DNA of 64,000 nt from an uncultured Candidatus Saccharibacteria bacterium. GTDB lineage: Bacteria; Patescibacteriota; Saccharimonadia; Saccharimonadales; JACDBH01. Made by a program: the position numbers and the translations under genes. The stretch covers positions 320,908 through 384,907 of the forward strand of contig OZ246417.1 in assembly GCA_965231105.1 (NCBI GenBank), in the 5' to 3' direction. The notes beneath the pieces are model-generated. The model made no database searches, had not been told where the DNA came from, and worked only from the letters and a program-made list of their open reading frames with translations. Shown here in pieces: positions 1 through 10,500 of this stretch; the stretch's first letter is position 1, and every line of letters starts with the position of its first letter.

Positions 1-1563
1 CTATGGCTTAATGAAGGCTTTGCAAGCTGGGTTGAATACTTAGCCGTAGATAAACTCTTCCCTGACTGGGAAATGTGGACCCAGTTTATTGTTGATGAGC
101 AGCAGCCTGCCTTAAAGCTTGATGCGCTTGATAATACCCATCCCATTGAAGTACCTATTAAGCATCCAGACGAAATCCGCAGCATCTTTGATGCCATTAG
201 CTATAACAAGGGTGCGAGCGTTATTCATATGCTTCACGGATACCTTGGCGCCGAAGCATTTCGGGATGGTCTCCGTCATTACCTTACAACACATGCCTAT
301 AAGAATACCGACACAACGGATTTGTGGGCAGCGCTTGAAGAAATCTCTGGCAAGCCCGTCCAAGATTTTATGCACGCCTGGACTTCGTTACCTGGGTTCC
401 CAGTCGTACAAGTAGATCAAGAAAAGGACTTAGTAAAAGTTTCTCAACACCGTTTCTACATGCAGGCACCTGAGCACGCTGCACGCTCACACTGGCCAGT
501 ACCACTTTTAGGTGAAGCAACCGTGCCTCCTAGCTTTGAGACCGCAAAAATCGAGTTTAAATCCCCCGGTCTCATAAAGATTAACCAGGGTCAAAACGGA
601 TTTTATCGCACGGTATACGATAAGGACGCGTTACAAAATCTGGTGAAAAACATACAGAACCTGTCTCCCCTTGATCGACTTGGTCTTCTTGGGGATGCTT
701 TCGAAACGGCCAAGGCGGGATATAACACCGCAGTGGGTGCGCTCGAACTCTTAAGCGCGTATGCCCACGAGCAAAATGCCGCTGTATGGGATATTATTGC
801 TGCCAATATCGGAGATTTACGTCGTGTTATGGATGATGAAACCATTCGAGAACAGATTAAACCGTTTATCATAAAATTGACGGCTCAAGAACTGAGTCGA
901 TTAGGTTGGGAGGAAAAACCCACCGACACACACTTTGATAAGCTCCTACGCCTTACCATTATCGGCCTGAATGCAGGAGCCGACGAACCAAGTGTACTCC
1001 AGGAAGCTGAACGCCGTTTTGCTTCCATGACCTCACCCCATGATATTCCAGCAGACCTACGTGGCATTGTATATACCAGCATTGCCCGTCATGGTGATGC
1101 CGCTACCTTTATACGCCTTATGGACCTCCATAACGCAAGTACTAATAGTGAAGAACGCACCACACTTGCTGCAGCGATAACGTCCTTTAAACAACCTGAG
1201 CTCATTACCGAAGCTTTAGAGCTTATCCCCACCAAGACCATACGTAATCAAGACGCTATGTATTGGCTGGCCTATACTTTTGGCAATCATCATGCAAAAC
1301 GACTGGCATGGGACTGGATGACCAAAAACTGGAAGTGGCTCGAGAAGAACTTGGGCAGCGACTTAAGTTTTTTCCGTACTCCTATTTACGCAGCACGCGT
1401 CTTCAGTGATACCGATTTCCTAAAAACCTATAAAGCCTTCTTTAAAGACAAAACAACACCTGCCCTGGAGCGTTCAATCAAACAGGGTACCGAGATGCTT
1501 GAATGGCAGATTGCCTGGAAGAAACGTGACCTTACGGCTGTCCAGGAGTTTCTAAAAGCTTAA
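1..1563 (+). CDS. pepN: Aminopeptidase N (M1 family zinc metallopeptidase), 5'-truncated by the window edge
   Basis: Frame 1 is open from nt 1 (LWLNEGFASWVEYLAVDKLF...). This includes the WLNEGFA segment that carries the distal Glu zinc ligand of M1 gluzincins. The rest looks like the helical ERAP1-like C-terminal domain. The ORF track starts only at internal Met 73. Confidence 0.85.
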   Translation, partial: LWLNEGFASWVEYLAVDKLFPDWEMWTQFIVDEQQPALKLDALDNTHPIEVPIKHPDEIRSIFDAISYNKGASVIHMLHGYLGAEAFRDGLRHYLTTHAYKNTDTTDLWAALEEISGKPVQDFMHAWTSLPGFPVVQVDQEKDLVKVSQHRFYMQAPEHAARSHWPVPLLGEATVPPSFETAKIEFKSPGLIKINQGQNGFYRTVYDKDALQNLVKNIQNLSPLDRLGLLGDAFETAKAGYNTAVGALELLSAYAHEQNAAVWDIIAANIGDLRRVMDDETIREQIKPFIIKLTAQELSRLGWEEKPTDTHFDKLLRLTIIGLNAGADEPSVLQEAERRFASMTSPHDIPADLRGIVYTSIARHGDAATFIRLMDLHNASTNSEERTTLAAAITSFKQPELITEALELIPTKTIRNQDAMYWLAYTFGNHHAKRLAWDWMTKNWKWLEKNLGSDLSFFRTPIYAARVFSDTDFLKTYKAFFKDKTTPALERSIKQGTEMLEWQIAWKKRDLTAVQEFLKA

Positions 1564-2101
1564 CAGGCCCAAATGAGCGTCGGTGTAGGTCACTAATGCC
1601 GTGAAGTTTGAGCAACTCGCTATGGAGTTTTGTGCCATAGCCGACATGTTTATGGAACTCATAGACACTGTACGCCTCGCCAAGCTGACTCATGAAATGA
1701 TCGCGACTCACCTTCGCATAAATACTTGCCGCACTCACTATTGGGTATGAATCATCGGCTCGCGGCTCACATACCACATTCGTATAATCTGCTGAACAGT
1801 AATTTATAGTTCCGTCCATAATAATCTGTTCCTGAGGGTGCACTCCTAGCTGCTCAAGTGCACGAGAAACACCAAGCTTCATGGCACCGTTAAGCCCCAA
1901 CTCATCTATTTCCTGAGCCGTTACCCAGCCTTCACCAATCTCACAAGAGGCAGCTATCTCGGTATATAACAGTTCTCGCCGCTTCTTACTCAGCTTTTTG
2001 GAATCTTTGAGACCTGGTGGCAGTTCCTTTCCACCCCGTGCAGCTACCACAAGCAGCGGTCCTGCCCAGCAGCCTCGCCCTACTTCATCAATCCCGATCA
2101 T
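1532..2101 (-). CDS. rnhB: Ribonuclease HII
   Basis: 189 aa. N-terminal IGIDEVGRGCWAGPL catalytic motif typical of RNase HII. The 3' end overlaps the pepN stop convergently. Confidence 0.9.
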   Translation of the reverse strand: MIGIDEVGRGCWAGPLLVVAARGGKELPPGLKDSKKLSKKRRELLYTEIAASCEIGEGWVTAQEIDELGLNGAMKLGVSRALEQLGVHPQEQIIMDGTINYCSADYTNVVCEPRADDSYPIVSAASIYAKVSRDHFMSQLGEAYSVYEFHKHVGYGTKLHSELLKLHGISDLHRRSFGPVKLLETPGQP

Positions 2102-2301
2102 CGATTTCCTATATGGTCGAGTGCAATCACCGCACCTCCAACCGCCAACGCACCCGCAATAACTTGCAATGCTCCATTTGAAATAAATCCTGCTTCAAGA
2201 TGGTGTTTCTCTGAAAAATACCCTAAAGCTGCACCACCTAAGGACATCACGCCACTGCCGATTCCCGTATATATATTTGGGTAGAAGTCATGTCGTCGCA
2301 C
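2098..2301 (-). CDS. Small Gly/Ala-rich membrane protein (hypothetical)
   Basis: 67 aa with two hydrophobic helices. GTG start at 2301 lies 8 nt after a GGAG. The stop overlaps the rnhB start (ATGA at 2098-2101). Confidence 0.5.
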   Translation of the reverse strand: MRRHDFYPNIYTGIGSGVMSLGGAALGYFSEKHHLEAGFISNGALQVIAGALAVGGAVIALDHIGNR

Positions 2302-2330
2302 AAAAATAGCTCCCTTATGTAGGAGCTATT
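2302..2330 (-). terminator. Intrinsic terminator after rplS; its 3' arm contains the GGAG SD of the next ORF
   Basis: Minus strand reads AATAGCTCC-tacataag-GGAGCTATT followed by TTTTT. 9 bp perfect stem (2305-2313 / 2322-2330). Confidence 0.6.
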
Positions 2331-2353
2331 GTAAACGAAGTAAGAAAAGAAGC

Positions 2354-2875
2354 CTATTTCGCTGCGTCGTGTGCGGCAAGTGCTGCCTGAGCCTTAGCCT
2401 CTTCTTTTGCGTCTTCTTTGGCCTTCTGGGCTGCCTCTGCTTCGTGTGCGGCTTCAGCTTCTTCCTTCATGTGCTCTAATTCAGCTTCAGCAGCTTTATC
2501 TTCAATGGTGTTTACTGCTTCACGGTCAAAATCAACACCGCTGAGGCGTGCTGACTTACCGCTACGTGCGCGCATATACGTAAGGTAATTGCGGCGAACT
2601 TTGCTTCGCTTGGTTACTTCAATCTTAATAACGCGTGGAGAATGTAAGAGATAGGTCTTTTCAACACCGACTCCGCTCGCAATACGACGAACGGTAATAC
2701 TACTAGTCAAAGAGCCCTTGCGGTCAGTACGGATAACAAGACCTTCGAAAACCTGAACGCGTTCTTTGTTACCTTCTTTAATTTTCTGATGCACTTTAAC
2801 AGTGTCGCCGCTTTTTACGTCGACAACCTGGTGTTTCTTCTGCTTGGCCTCAATGGCTTCAATAACTGATGGCAT
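2354..2875 (-). CDS. rplS: 50S ribosomal protein L19 with a ~55 aa Ala/Glu/Lys-rich C-terminal extension
   Basis: KSGDTVKVHQKIKEGNKERVQVFEGLVI...ITVRRIASGVGVEKTYLLHSPRV is canonical bL19. It is 173 aa versus ~115 aa typical; the tail is low-complexity AEAAHEAEAAQKAKEDAKEEAKAQ. Confidence 0.95.
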   Translation of the reverse strand: MPSVIEAIEAKQKKHQVVDVKSGDTVKVHQKIKEGNKERVQVFEGLVIRTDRKGSLTSSITVRRIASGVGVEKTYLLHSPRVIKIEVTKRSKVRRNYLTYMRARSGKSARLSGVDFDREAVNTIEDKAAEAELEHMKEEAEAAHEAEAAQKAKEDAKEEAKAQAALAAHDAAK

Positions 2876-2992
2876 AACCGTCCTATCTTACACTAATCTG
2901 TTATTTGACGCAAGAGTCGCTATAAAACCTTATTCTTACTTGTTATTACTGATAATTGTATTAATATAACTCTAAATTGGAGGATCCTTCGT

Positions 2993-3514
2993 ATGTCAGA
3001 ACTTGAAGTCGTACGCTCACAGACACATTATGAAGCCTTTTTACATGGCATGACGCCCGTAAGACATGACTCCTCCCGATTCACCTTAAGAGAAAATTAT
3101 TATGATATGCCAGAAGAAGGTATTTCTGCTGTTAAAGACTATGTGGGCAGTAATCCTGATTGGGCAAGAGATATAGCATGGGTCGACTTATCGCATAGAG
3201 CAGTTGTACACGTCAAGCACACCAAACGAGCAGATGTGCACATGTATGATAGTGACGGCCCGTATGGTGTATTCAACTACCCACATGAAAGGTTACTAGG
3301 ACAAAGAATGCTATACGGCGATCCACACCTCGCAACCAATAGGGCCTATTCGGAAGTCGAACTCACTCCCCTTAGCGAAATATTGCAGTCTGGGCGTGTT
3401 TCTGAGTATACAGTTCGTTGGCTCAGCTCACTTGTTATGGATAACAGTTCCGGAATGTGTACGTTCTTCCCCAAGCTACAGCACCTATTACCCAATAACT
3501 TGCGGTTGCGTTAG
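2993..3514 (+). CDS. Hypothetical protein
   Basis: 173 aa ORF with SD GGAGGA 7 nt upstream of the ATG. I recognise no family. Confidence 0.5.
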   Translation: MSELEVVRSQTHYEAFLHGMTPVRHDSSRFTLRENYYDMPEEGISAVKDYVGSNPDWARDIAWVDLSHRAVVHVKHTKRADVHMYDSDGPYGVFNYPHERLLGQRMLYGDPHLATNRAYSEVELTPLSEILQSGRVSEYTVRWLSSLVMDNSSGMCTFFPKLQHLLPNNLRLR

Positions 3515-5118
3515 CCCACAACTCGATATACTTCTTCGAGTGTCGTGCTTCCTTCCAGCACTCGTAAAATGCCGTTCTGAAGCATAGTAACCATGCCGCC
3601 CTGAATAGCGGCCGCTTCGAGTTCGGTCGTGGAGATATCACGCGGTGGTTTGCGCAAAATAGCCTGGAGCTGCGGAGACATTTGCATTAATTCACGAATA
3701 CTCAGCTGCCCCGTATAACCGAAAGGACTTGCCTCAGATGTACCTGGTTTATAGAGAGTAACATTCGTGAGGTCGGGTTTTTGAATTGTAGGCGGTAAGG
3801 TATCTACAATTTTCTTAATGTGTTCAAGTGTCGCTTCATCTGGCTTGTAAGGCTGCTTTGTGGCATCGTCCAGTCGGCGTATTAAACGCTGCGCAGTAAT
3901 AAGGCGAATCGTATTTACAAACAACGGGTTTTCGCCAATCGCATCAAGCATGCGCGTAAGAGCAGCGGCTGATGAACTGGCGTGATAGGTGCTCAGCACA
4001 AGGTGGCCCGTCAAAGAAGATTGAAGAGCGGTTTTTGCAGTATCAAGATCTCTAATTTCTCCCACCATAATCACATCAGGGTCAAGGCGCAAGACTGCGC
4101 GGAGCTTTGCGGCAAAACCCTCTTTTTCAGAACGTGAGTCTACAGGGATCTGCGTGACACCTTCTATGACATATTCAACAGGATCTTCGAGCGTAATTAT
4201 CTTACGTTCCGGATGATTAAGCTCATTTATGACACTATAGAGAGTGGTTGTCTTACCAGAACCTGTCGGGCCAACAATAAGTACCAAACCGGAAGGATGC
4301 GTCAATATATCGTTTACCACCGTTCGTTCGGCAGGAGAAAAACCAAGATTATCAAGCTTTAAGAAGTCACTCTTGAAGTTAAAGAGACGTAAGACTCCGT
4401 CCTGACCATGCACCGTGGGAACTGTTTCTACTCGTAAGTTCACGGTAACTTCTGTGTTATCGGCAAGTTTATATACCCGTTCGATATGCCCTGTTTGCGC
4501 ATCATTAGATACGGTTGATATATTCGCAGCACTTGCTAAAGAACCAAGTAGAAGTTTGTATTTATCGTGCGGTAATTCTGCGATGGGATGCAGCACTCCG
4601 TCGACACGGAAACGAATACGAACTTTATCACGGCTTGTTTCGAGATGAATATCTGATGCCTTTAACTGATATGCCTGCTTAATGAGATAGGCAAACATAT
4701 CATCTGCACGTACCTGCAATAACATCGAGGAAATAGAGGCAATTTGTGGCTGCTGGCCTTCTGCAACCGGCTGGATACTAATATCCTTATACTCCACCTG
4801 GGGCGGTGGATCATACCGCTTCATATATTCGTTAAAGCCCGTGTCAGAAATAAGGCCAAAGCTAATACGCTGATCGAGGAAACGTTGCTGTAAGGCCTGA
4901 AGTGTGTGCTGGGATGTGGTATTTGTGATGCCAAATACAATTGAATGCTCGTCGGCGACGATCGGAATAACGCGCATCTCATAAAGATCGGCATTAGGCA
5001 GAAGCTCCTTATAGAGTTTTGGCTGCGCAATACTGCTAGTATCAATATATTGCAGGCCTAAGATTTGTGCCCGCCGCTGTGTATTTTGTTCTTCGTCTCT
5101 CCGAAAATCTTGCGACAT
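3511..5118 (-). CDS. pilB: Type II/IV secretion (type IV pilus assembly) ATPase, GspE/PilB family
   Basis: Walker A GPTGSGKTTT, Asp box, Walker B/His box and N-terminal T2SSE_N-like region. The start is moved to MSQDF at 5118 (SD AAGGGGA upstream); the ORF is open to 5190. Confidence 0.9.
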   Translation of the reverse strand: MSQDFRRDEEQNTQRRAQILGLQYIDTSSIAQPKLYKELLPNADLYEMRVIPIVADEHSIVFGITNTTSQHTLQALQQRFLDQRISFGLISDTGFNEYMKRYDPPPQVEYKDISIQPVAEGQQPQIASISSMLLQVRADDMFAYLIKQAYQLKASDIHLETSRDKVRIRFRVDGVLHPIAELPHDKYKLLLGSLASAANISTVSNDAQTGHIERVYKLADNTEVTVNLRVETVPTVHGQDGVLRLFNFKSDFLKLDNLGFSPAERTVVNDILTHPSGLVLIVGPTGSGKTTTLYSVINELNHPERKIITLEDPVEYVIEGVTQIPVDSRSEKEGFAAKLRAVLRLDPDVIMVGEIRDLDTAKTALQSSLTGHLVLSTYHASSSAAALTRMLDAIGENPLFVNTIRLITAQRLIRRLDDATKQPYKPDEATLEHIKKIVDTLPPTIQKPDLTNVTLYKPGTSEASPFGYTGQLSIRELMQMSPQLQAILRKPPRDISTTELEAAAIQGGMVTMLQNGILRVLEGSTTLEEVYRVVG

Positions 5119-5214
5119 AGTCCCCTTAATTAAAGCATAAGCAAGCCTAAAAACTAACAGATATTTGTTTAATTTTGCATCTGATGACACAAAAAGCTAC
5201 TCTTAGCTCACATC

Positions 5215-5709
5215 ATGCGTGACATTGTCCTCATTGCCCATAACCTTCGCAGCACTCATAATATTGGTTCACTTTTAAGAACCGCTGATGGCATTGGCGT
5301 AAAAGAAGTCTATCTTACTGGTTATACTCCATACCCCCAGCAAACTAATGATGATCGCTTGCCTTATCTGGCAGAAAAGATTGATCGAGCCATTCATAAA
5401 ACGGCACTCGATGCCGAAAAGACGGTTTCATGGCACCATAGTAGCGATGTAGACACCGTACTCAAACAACTCGAGCAAGCAGGTTACAAACTTGTCGTGC
5501 TTGAACAGTCAAAAACAGCCCAAAATCTTCACGAGTTTAACCATGCTGGCCCAGTCGCCCTTTTGATTGGCAATGAAGTAGAAGGGGTTGATGCGCAGCT
5601 CCTCAAACGTATTCCGACTCATCTTTTTATCCCGATGTTTGGCAAAAAAGAATCTTTTAACGTCGTACAGGCAGCGGCGATGGCCCTCTATCAACTGCGT
5701 TTTTATTAA
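5215..5709 (+). CDS. SpoU/TrmH family RNA 2'-O-methyltransferase
   Basis: 164 aa. LLIGNEVEGV and IPMFGKKESFNVVQAAAMALYQL motifs of the SPOUT knot. Confidence 0.85.
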   Translation: MRDIVLIAHNLRSTHNIGSLLRTADGIGVKEVYLTGYTPYPQQTNDDRLPYLAEKIDRAIHKTALDAEKTVSWHHSSDVDTVLKQLEQAGYKLVVLEQSKTAQNLHEFNHAGPVALLIGNEVEGVDAQLLKRIPTHLFIPMFGKKESFNVVQAAAMALYQLRFY

Positions 5710-5713
5710 ATAC

Positions 5714-5742
5714 TTGCGAGTACGGCAATAAAGCCGTATAGT
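5714..5742 (+). promoter_or_regulatory. Candidate sigma70-type promoter for the 5799 gene
   Basis: TTGCGA (5714-5719), 17 nt spacer, TATAGT (5737-5742). Followed by AAGCATGAGC, a variant of the recurrent motif. Confidence 0.45.
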
Positions 5743-5798
5743 AAGCATGAGCAGTGCGATTATAGGGTGGGACAATCTTAAAAAGGAGGGTCCTATTT

Positions 5799-6464
5799 AT
5801 GAAAAGTTATATTCAGCGCATACTTCGCCTTGTGAGCGTTGTCGCGCTTTTTGTTTTTGTTGGCTTTACGCCAGCAACTGTACATGCGGTTGAAGAGGCG
5901 CAAGCTCAACCTACCGCTACACAGTCAAATCCAACGAATTATACGTATACCGCTAAGGCTGGGGACGCCTTAACAGTATTTGTTCGTCGCTCTTTGCAAC
6001 TGCACCAAACTGCAAATAAGGTCGAGCTTTCTCGGGGCGCAGCCATGTACTGTGAAACTACCATTACCCAGGCAATGGGCAACGCTCGTCTGGAAATAGG
6101 TCAGCAGGTTACGATTCCTGTCGCAACACTTACTAGCTGCGTAGAAGCAAGCAAGGGACTTTCCGAAGCCCAGGTTGCTCGATGGCAGGCATATGCCGAT
6201 ACTGCCTCATACGATCTTGAGGAAGTTCAGCCAAACGGCGCACCTACTTCAGCTGAAACTCCCCAGCCCCAGACAAATAATGAGAATACGACAAGTGGAG
6301 ATACGCAGGAGCCCTCTGTAGAATCAGAGACCGAAACTGCTACTGAAAATCCTGAAGAATCAGATGACAATGGCGTCAGCAGCTACTGGTGGTTGATCGG
6401 CGCCGGCCTTCTCGTTCTTTTGTACTTCATCCTCGGTGGTCCCGCTCCACGTCGTCGCGCATAA
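5799..6464 (+). CDS. Secreted, C-terminally membrane-anchored protein with a LysM-like segment (hypothetical)
   Basis: Signal peptide ending VHA-VEE, YTAKAGDALTVF...IGQQVTIPV (LysM-like), acidic Thr/Glu stalk, C-terminal TM helix plus RRRA tail. SD AAAGGAGGG upstream. Confidence 0.6.
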   Translation: MKSYIQRILRLVSVVALFVFVGFTPATVHAVEEAQAQPTATQSNPTNYTYTAKAGDALTVFVRRSLQLHQTANKVELSRGAAMYCETTITQAMGNARLEIGQQVTIPVATLTSCVEASKGLSEAQVARWQAYADTASYDLEEVQPNGAPTSAETPQPQTNNENTTSGDTQEPSVESETETATENPEESDDNGVSSYWWLIGAGLLVLLYFILGGPAPRRRA

Positions 6465-6496
6465 TATATGCGCTATACTAGGGTGGAAGTAAAAAT

Positions 6497-7546
6497 TTGA
6501 TCGTTTCTATGCAAAAAGCAAAATCAAAAAAGCCAATTAAACAGAACGCCCGCATAAAGAAGCACCGAAAACATTCGTTGATACGACAGGCAGTGTTGTT
6601 CCTGCCAGCCATCATCATGTTCGGTGCTTCTGGTTTTATGCACGCATCATCATATGCTCACCGTCTATCAGGAAACGTGCTGAGCTACTCCACGTCAATG
6701 AGTGTCGGCGACCTCCTGACACACACCAACAATCAGAGAACTGGCGAAAGTGCTACTGCCCTCACGCTGAACGCGAAACTTAACAGTGCAGCTCAGGCCA
6801 AAGCAAATGACATGGTTGCCCGGGACTATTGGTCTCATGTAACCCCTGACGGCGAGGAACCATGGGTATTTATAGAGCAGGCGGGCTATGCATACAAAGC
6901 GGCTGGCGAGAACCTCGCGTACGGCTTTCTTACAAGCAGCGATACTGTAACCGGGTGGATGAACAGCCCACCCCATAGACAGAATCTTATGAACACAACC
7001 TTCACCGAAGTTGGGTTTGGTTTTGCAAATAGTTCTAACTTTGTGGGCGGTGGGGAGCATACAGTAATTGTTGCGATGTACGGCGCTCCTCTTAATTCAT
7101 CCGCTCCCGCAACCGCCACAAGCACTGCTCCCCCTACACAAGCTGAATCTGCCCCCGTACCAACTTCCCAGAAAGCGGCTGCTGAAGAGGTGACCCAAAC
7201 ACCAATTGAGCCGGTTACTGAGACGCCTGCACCTATTTCTGAGCAAAGTGAACAGCAGCCCGCCATAGAAGAACCTATAGCAAACTCAGCCCTTACCGCG
7301 CCACAGGTTAAGGTAAGTAAAATTCAGCTCATAACCGCTGGTGACGCCCGCTGGAGTAATGGCCTACTCATTGCAAGTATTATTGGGGCAGTAATCTTAT
7401 GGGGATTACAGCGAGCTGTTCAAATTCGTCGCTTCGCTTTAGCTGGTGAGCGATTTGTGCTCCGTCATATTCACCTTGATTTTACGATCCTTGCAGTTGT
7501 TGTTTTCGGCTGGACACTTCTGCAGACGAGTGGCGTGGTACGATAG
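6497..7546 (+). CDS. CAP/SCP (YkwD-like) domain protein with Pro/Thr stalk and C-terminal TM segments
   Basis: AKANDMVARDYWSHVTPDG...AGENLAYGF...GWMNSPPHRQNLMN..FTEVGFG matches the CAP/SCP superfamily. The start is either TTG 6497 or ATG 6509. Confidence 0.8.
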   Translation: MIVSMQKAKSKKPIKQNARIKKHRKHSLIRQAVLFLPAIIMFGASGFMHASSYAHRLSGNVLSYSTSMSVGDLLTHTNNQRTGESATALTLNAKLNSAAQAKANDMVARDYWSHVTPDGEEPWVFIEQAGYAYKAAGENLAYGFLTSSDTVTGWMNSPPHRQNLMNTTFTEVGFGFANSSNFVGGGEHTVIVAMYGAPLNSSAPATATSTAPPTQAESAPVPTSQKAAAEEVTQTPIEPVTETPAPISEQSEQQPAIEEPIANSALTAPQVKVSKIQLITAGDARWSNGLLIASIIGAVILWGLQRAVQIRRFALAGERFVLRHIHLDFTILAVVVFGWTLLQTSGVVR

Positions 7547-7549
7547 GCC

Positions 7550-10500
7550 TTAACGAACCACTACCTGTTCTTCGCCCACTAACTCTCTTAATCGGCTAAT
7601 GGCATCGTCCGTCGGGCGCATACCAACCGGAAGCTTAATAATCTGCTTACGAGCTGCTTCGCCTAACACTAATACAACATCATGAGGACCATTAAACTCG
7701 TCGATGACTTGCTTTAAGGATGCCAGTAAGTTCTCATCATTACTGCTTGTAAGCCGTATATATACCCGTGAACTTATAGACTGAGCAGCAGGTTTAGGCG
7801 CAGGAGCAGCTTTCGCAGACTTCGTGCCAGGAATTTTTTGACGCTTACCTGTTGACTGGTAGGCTGCTGCTTGTTCGCGTGTAATTTCGCGTGCTTCGTC
7901 AGCCATAATTTTTATTTCAGTGAGCTGTTCCCCGCTTCGGCGGTCGACCCCATTGATCTTCCCTCGAACCAACACCACCTTATCTCTCTCCCATATTCCT
8001 GCAGTTTGCTGGTATGTTCCAGGGAATAAGATAATCTCTGTCTCACCATGAAGGTCAGACAATTTAATAAAGGCCATTTTCTGACCATTTTTTGTTGTTA
8101 TTTCCCGGGCGTCTATAATCGCCCCACCCACTACGGCCGTCTTTCCGTCCATCTCTGGCTTTAGCTCGTTAAGTGGCATAGTGAGCTCTTCAAGGTATGT
8201 CTCATAAGCTTTTAGAGGGTGTTGCGAGAGATAGATACCAAGGAGTTCGCGCTCCCACTTTAGGTGTTCAGCCGGCTGATATTCTATACCACCCTTTTCA
8301 AGCGTTATTTTTGGCTTAACATGTGTAATCCCGTCAATTGCCGCACCAAACAGATCAACCTGGCCACTGGATGCATCTTTTTGCACTCTTGTTGCAAAAC
8401 TTAACAGATTATCGCAGTTATGCAGTAATTGGTTACGATCCCCAAATCGATCGAAAGCGCCAGCTCGTACCAAGCTTTCTAGAGCTTTTCTGTTAAATAC
8501 GCGGGGGTTCACTTTATTAAAGAAGTCTTCTAAAGTTTCAAAATGTCCTTCTTTTCGGATGCGTAATATCTCTTCTACTGCTCCCGTACCTACATTCTTC
8601 ACTGCGCTCATACCAAACCGCACCGGATCTTTCATCGGATCCCCGGTGGGCACTACGGCGAATTCAACGAATGATTCATTAACATCAGGGGGAAGCACCT
8701 CTATACCCATATGCTTACATTCGGTAATTTCGATGCTCAAGCGATCGGTGTCATCGTAATCACTGGTCATAAGAGCCGCCATAAAGGCCGCTGGATAGTG
8801 CGCTTTTAAGTACGCTGTTTGATACGCAATGAGGGCATAGCAGGCGGCGTGAGACTTATTAAAACAATAAGCGGCAAAGTCTTCGAGCTGCTTCCAGAAC
8901 TTATCCATTGAATTTGCATCAGCCCCCGAATTCTCGACCGCACCATTGATGAAGTCTTTCTTCATCTTCTTCATAACATCAACTTGCTTTTTACCTATTG
9001 CCTTACGCAAAGTATCTGCCTGCCCTCCGGTAAAGCCGGACAATTCCTTACTAATCTGCATCACCTGTTCCTGATAGACGATAACACCGTAGGTATTCTC
9101 AAGGGCCGGTTTCATAGCCGGATGAAGATAGGTAATGGCACGCTCTCCGTGCTTTCTAGCTATAAAGTCTTCAATCCACTGCATAGGACCTGGACGATAC
9201 AGCGCCACCATTGCAACGATGTCATCAAAGACGGTTGGCTTTAATTCCTTGAGATAGCGTTTCATTCCTGCAGATTCCAGCTGGAATACTCCTGTGGTAT
9301 CGCCTCGGCTTAAAAGCTCAAAGGTTTTTGGATCATCAAGAGGGATAGAACTAATATCAATATCTTTTTTATACACCTTCTTGATGATACGAAGCGCGTT
9401 CTTAATGATAGTTAAGTTACTCAGTCCCAAGAAGTCCATCTTAAGTAGACCAAGTTCTTCAATAGGACCCATAGAATACTGTGTCGTCACGACGCCTTTT
9501 TGAGCCATTTCAAGCGGGGCAAACTTAACGATATCGTCGGGGGCAATCACGACACCTGCCGCATGCACCCCGTGAGAACGAATTGTTCCTTCTAGTTTCG
9601 TAGCCAGGTCAAAGACGCGGGCAGACTGCTCGTTATTATCGTTTTCAGCTTTAAGCTCAAGATTTTCTTTGAGTGATACAGCTAAAGGAATATGACGGCC
9701 CTGCACAGGCGGGGGAATCATTTTTGCTAGACGATCCGCCTCAGCGTACGGTACTTGCAAGACACGGGCCACATCACGTACGGCATTTCGTGCTGCCATC
9801 TTGCCGAAGGTCACAATGTTTGCCACTCGATCAACGCCATACTTTTCAACACAATACTGAATAACTTCATCCCGCCGTGTATCCTGAATATCGATATCGA
9901 CATCAGGCATGCTAATTCGATCTGGGTTAAGGAAGCGCTCAAACAGCAGGTCATAAGCAAGCGGATCAAGTTCGGTTATACGAAGCGCAAAAGACACAAT
10001 AGATCCAGCCGCCGATCCTCTTCCCGGCCCAAATACGATGCCTTGATTTTTGCCCCAGTTAATAAAGTCCCAAATAATCAAGAAATAGCCGTTAAAGCCC
10101 ATATTCTCGATAATTCCTAGCTCAAATGAGGCTCGCTCTAGCACATGCTCAGGAATAACTTTTTTTGCCTCCTTAATGCTCAGCTTCTTAGCTTCCGCCT
10201 CGGCAACACCACCATATCGCCAGGCTAAACCTTGATATGCCAGGGTATGTAGGTACGATTGCTCTGTTTCCCCCTTAGGTACGGGAAACTTTGGAATTAG
10301 AATTTTGCCAAGTTCAAGGTTTACCTCACAGCGATCTGCTATTTCTCGGGTGTTACTTATGACTTCCGGATGCTCTTCACCCCAGCGCTCTATAATATCC
10401 TTCGGATCAGTCACATGAAGTTCAAAGTTCTTAAGGCTCATACGATTTTCATCAGATAAGAATGACCCGGTTTGCACACATAAAAGAATTTCATGTGCTT

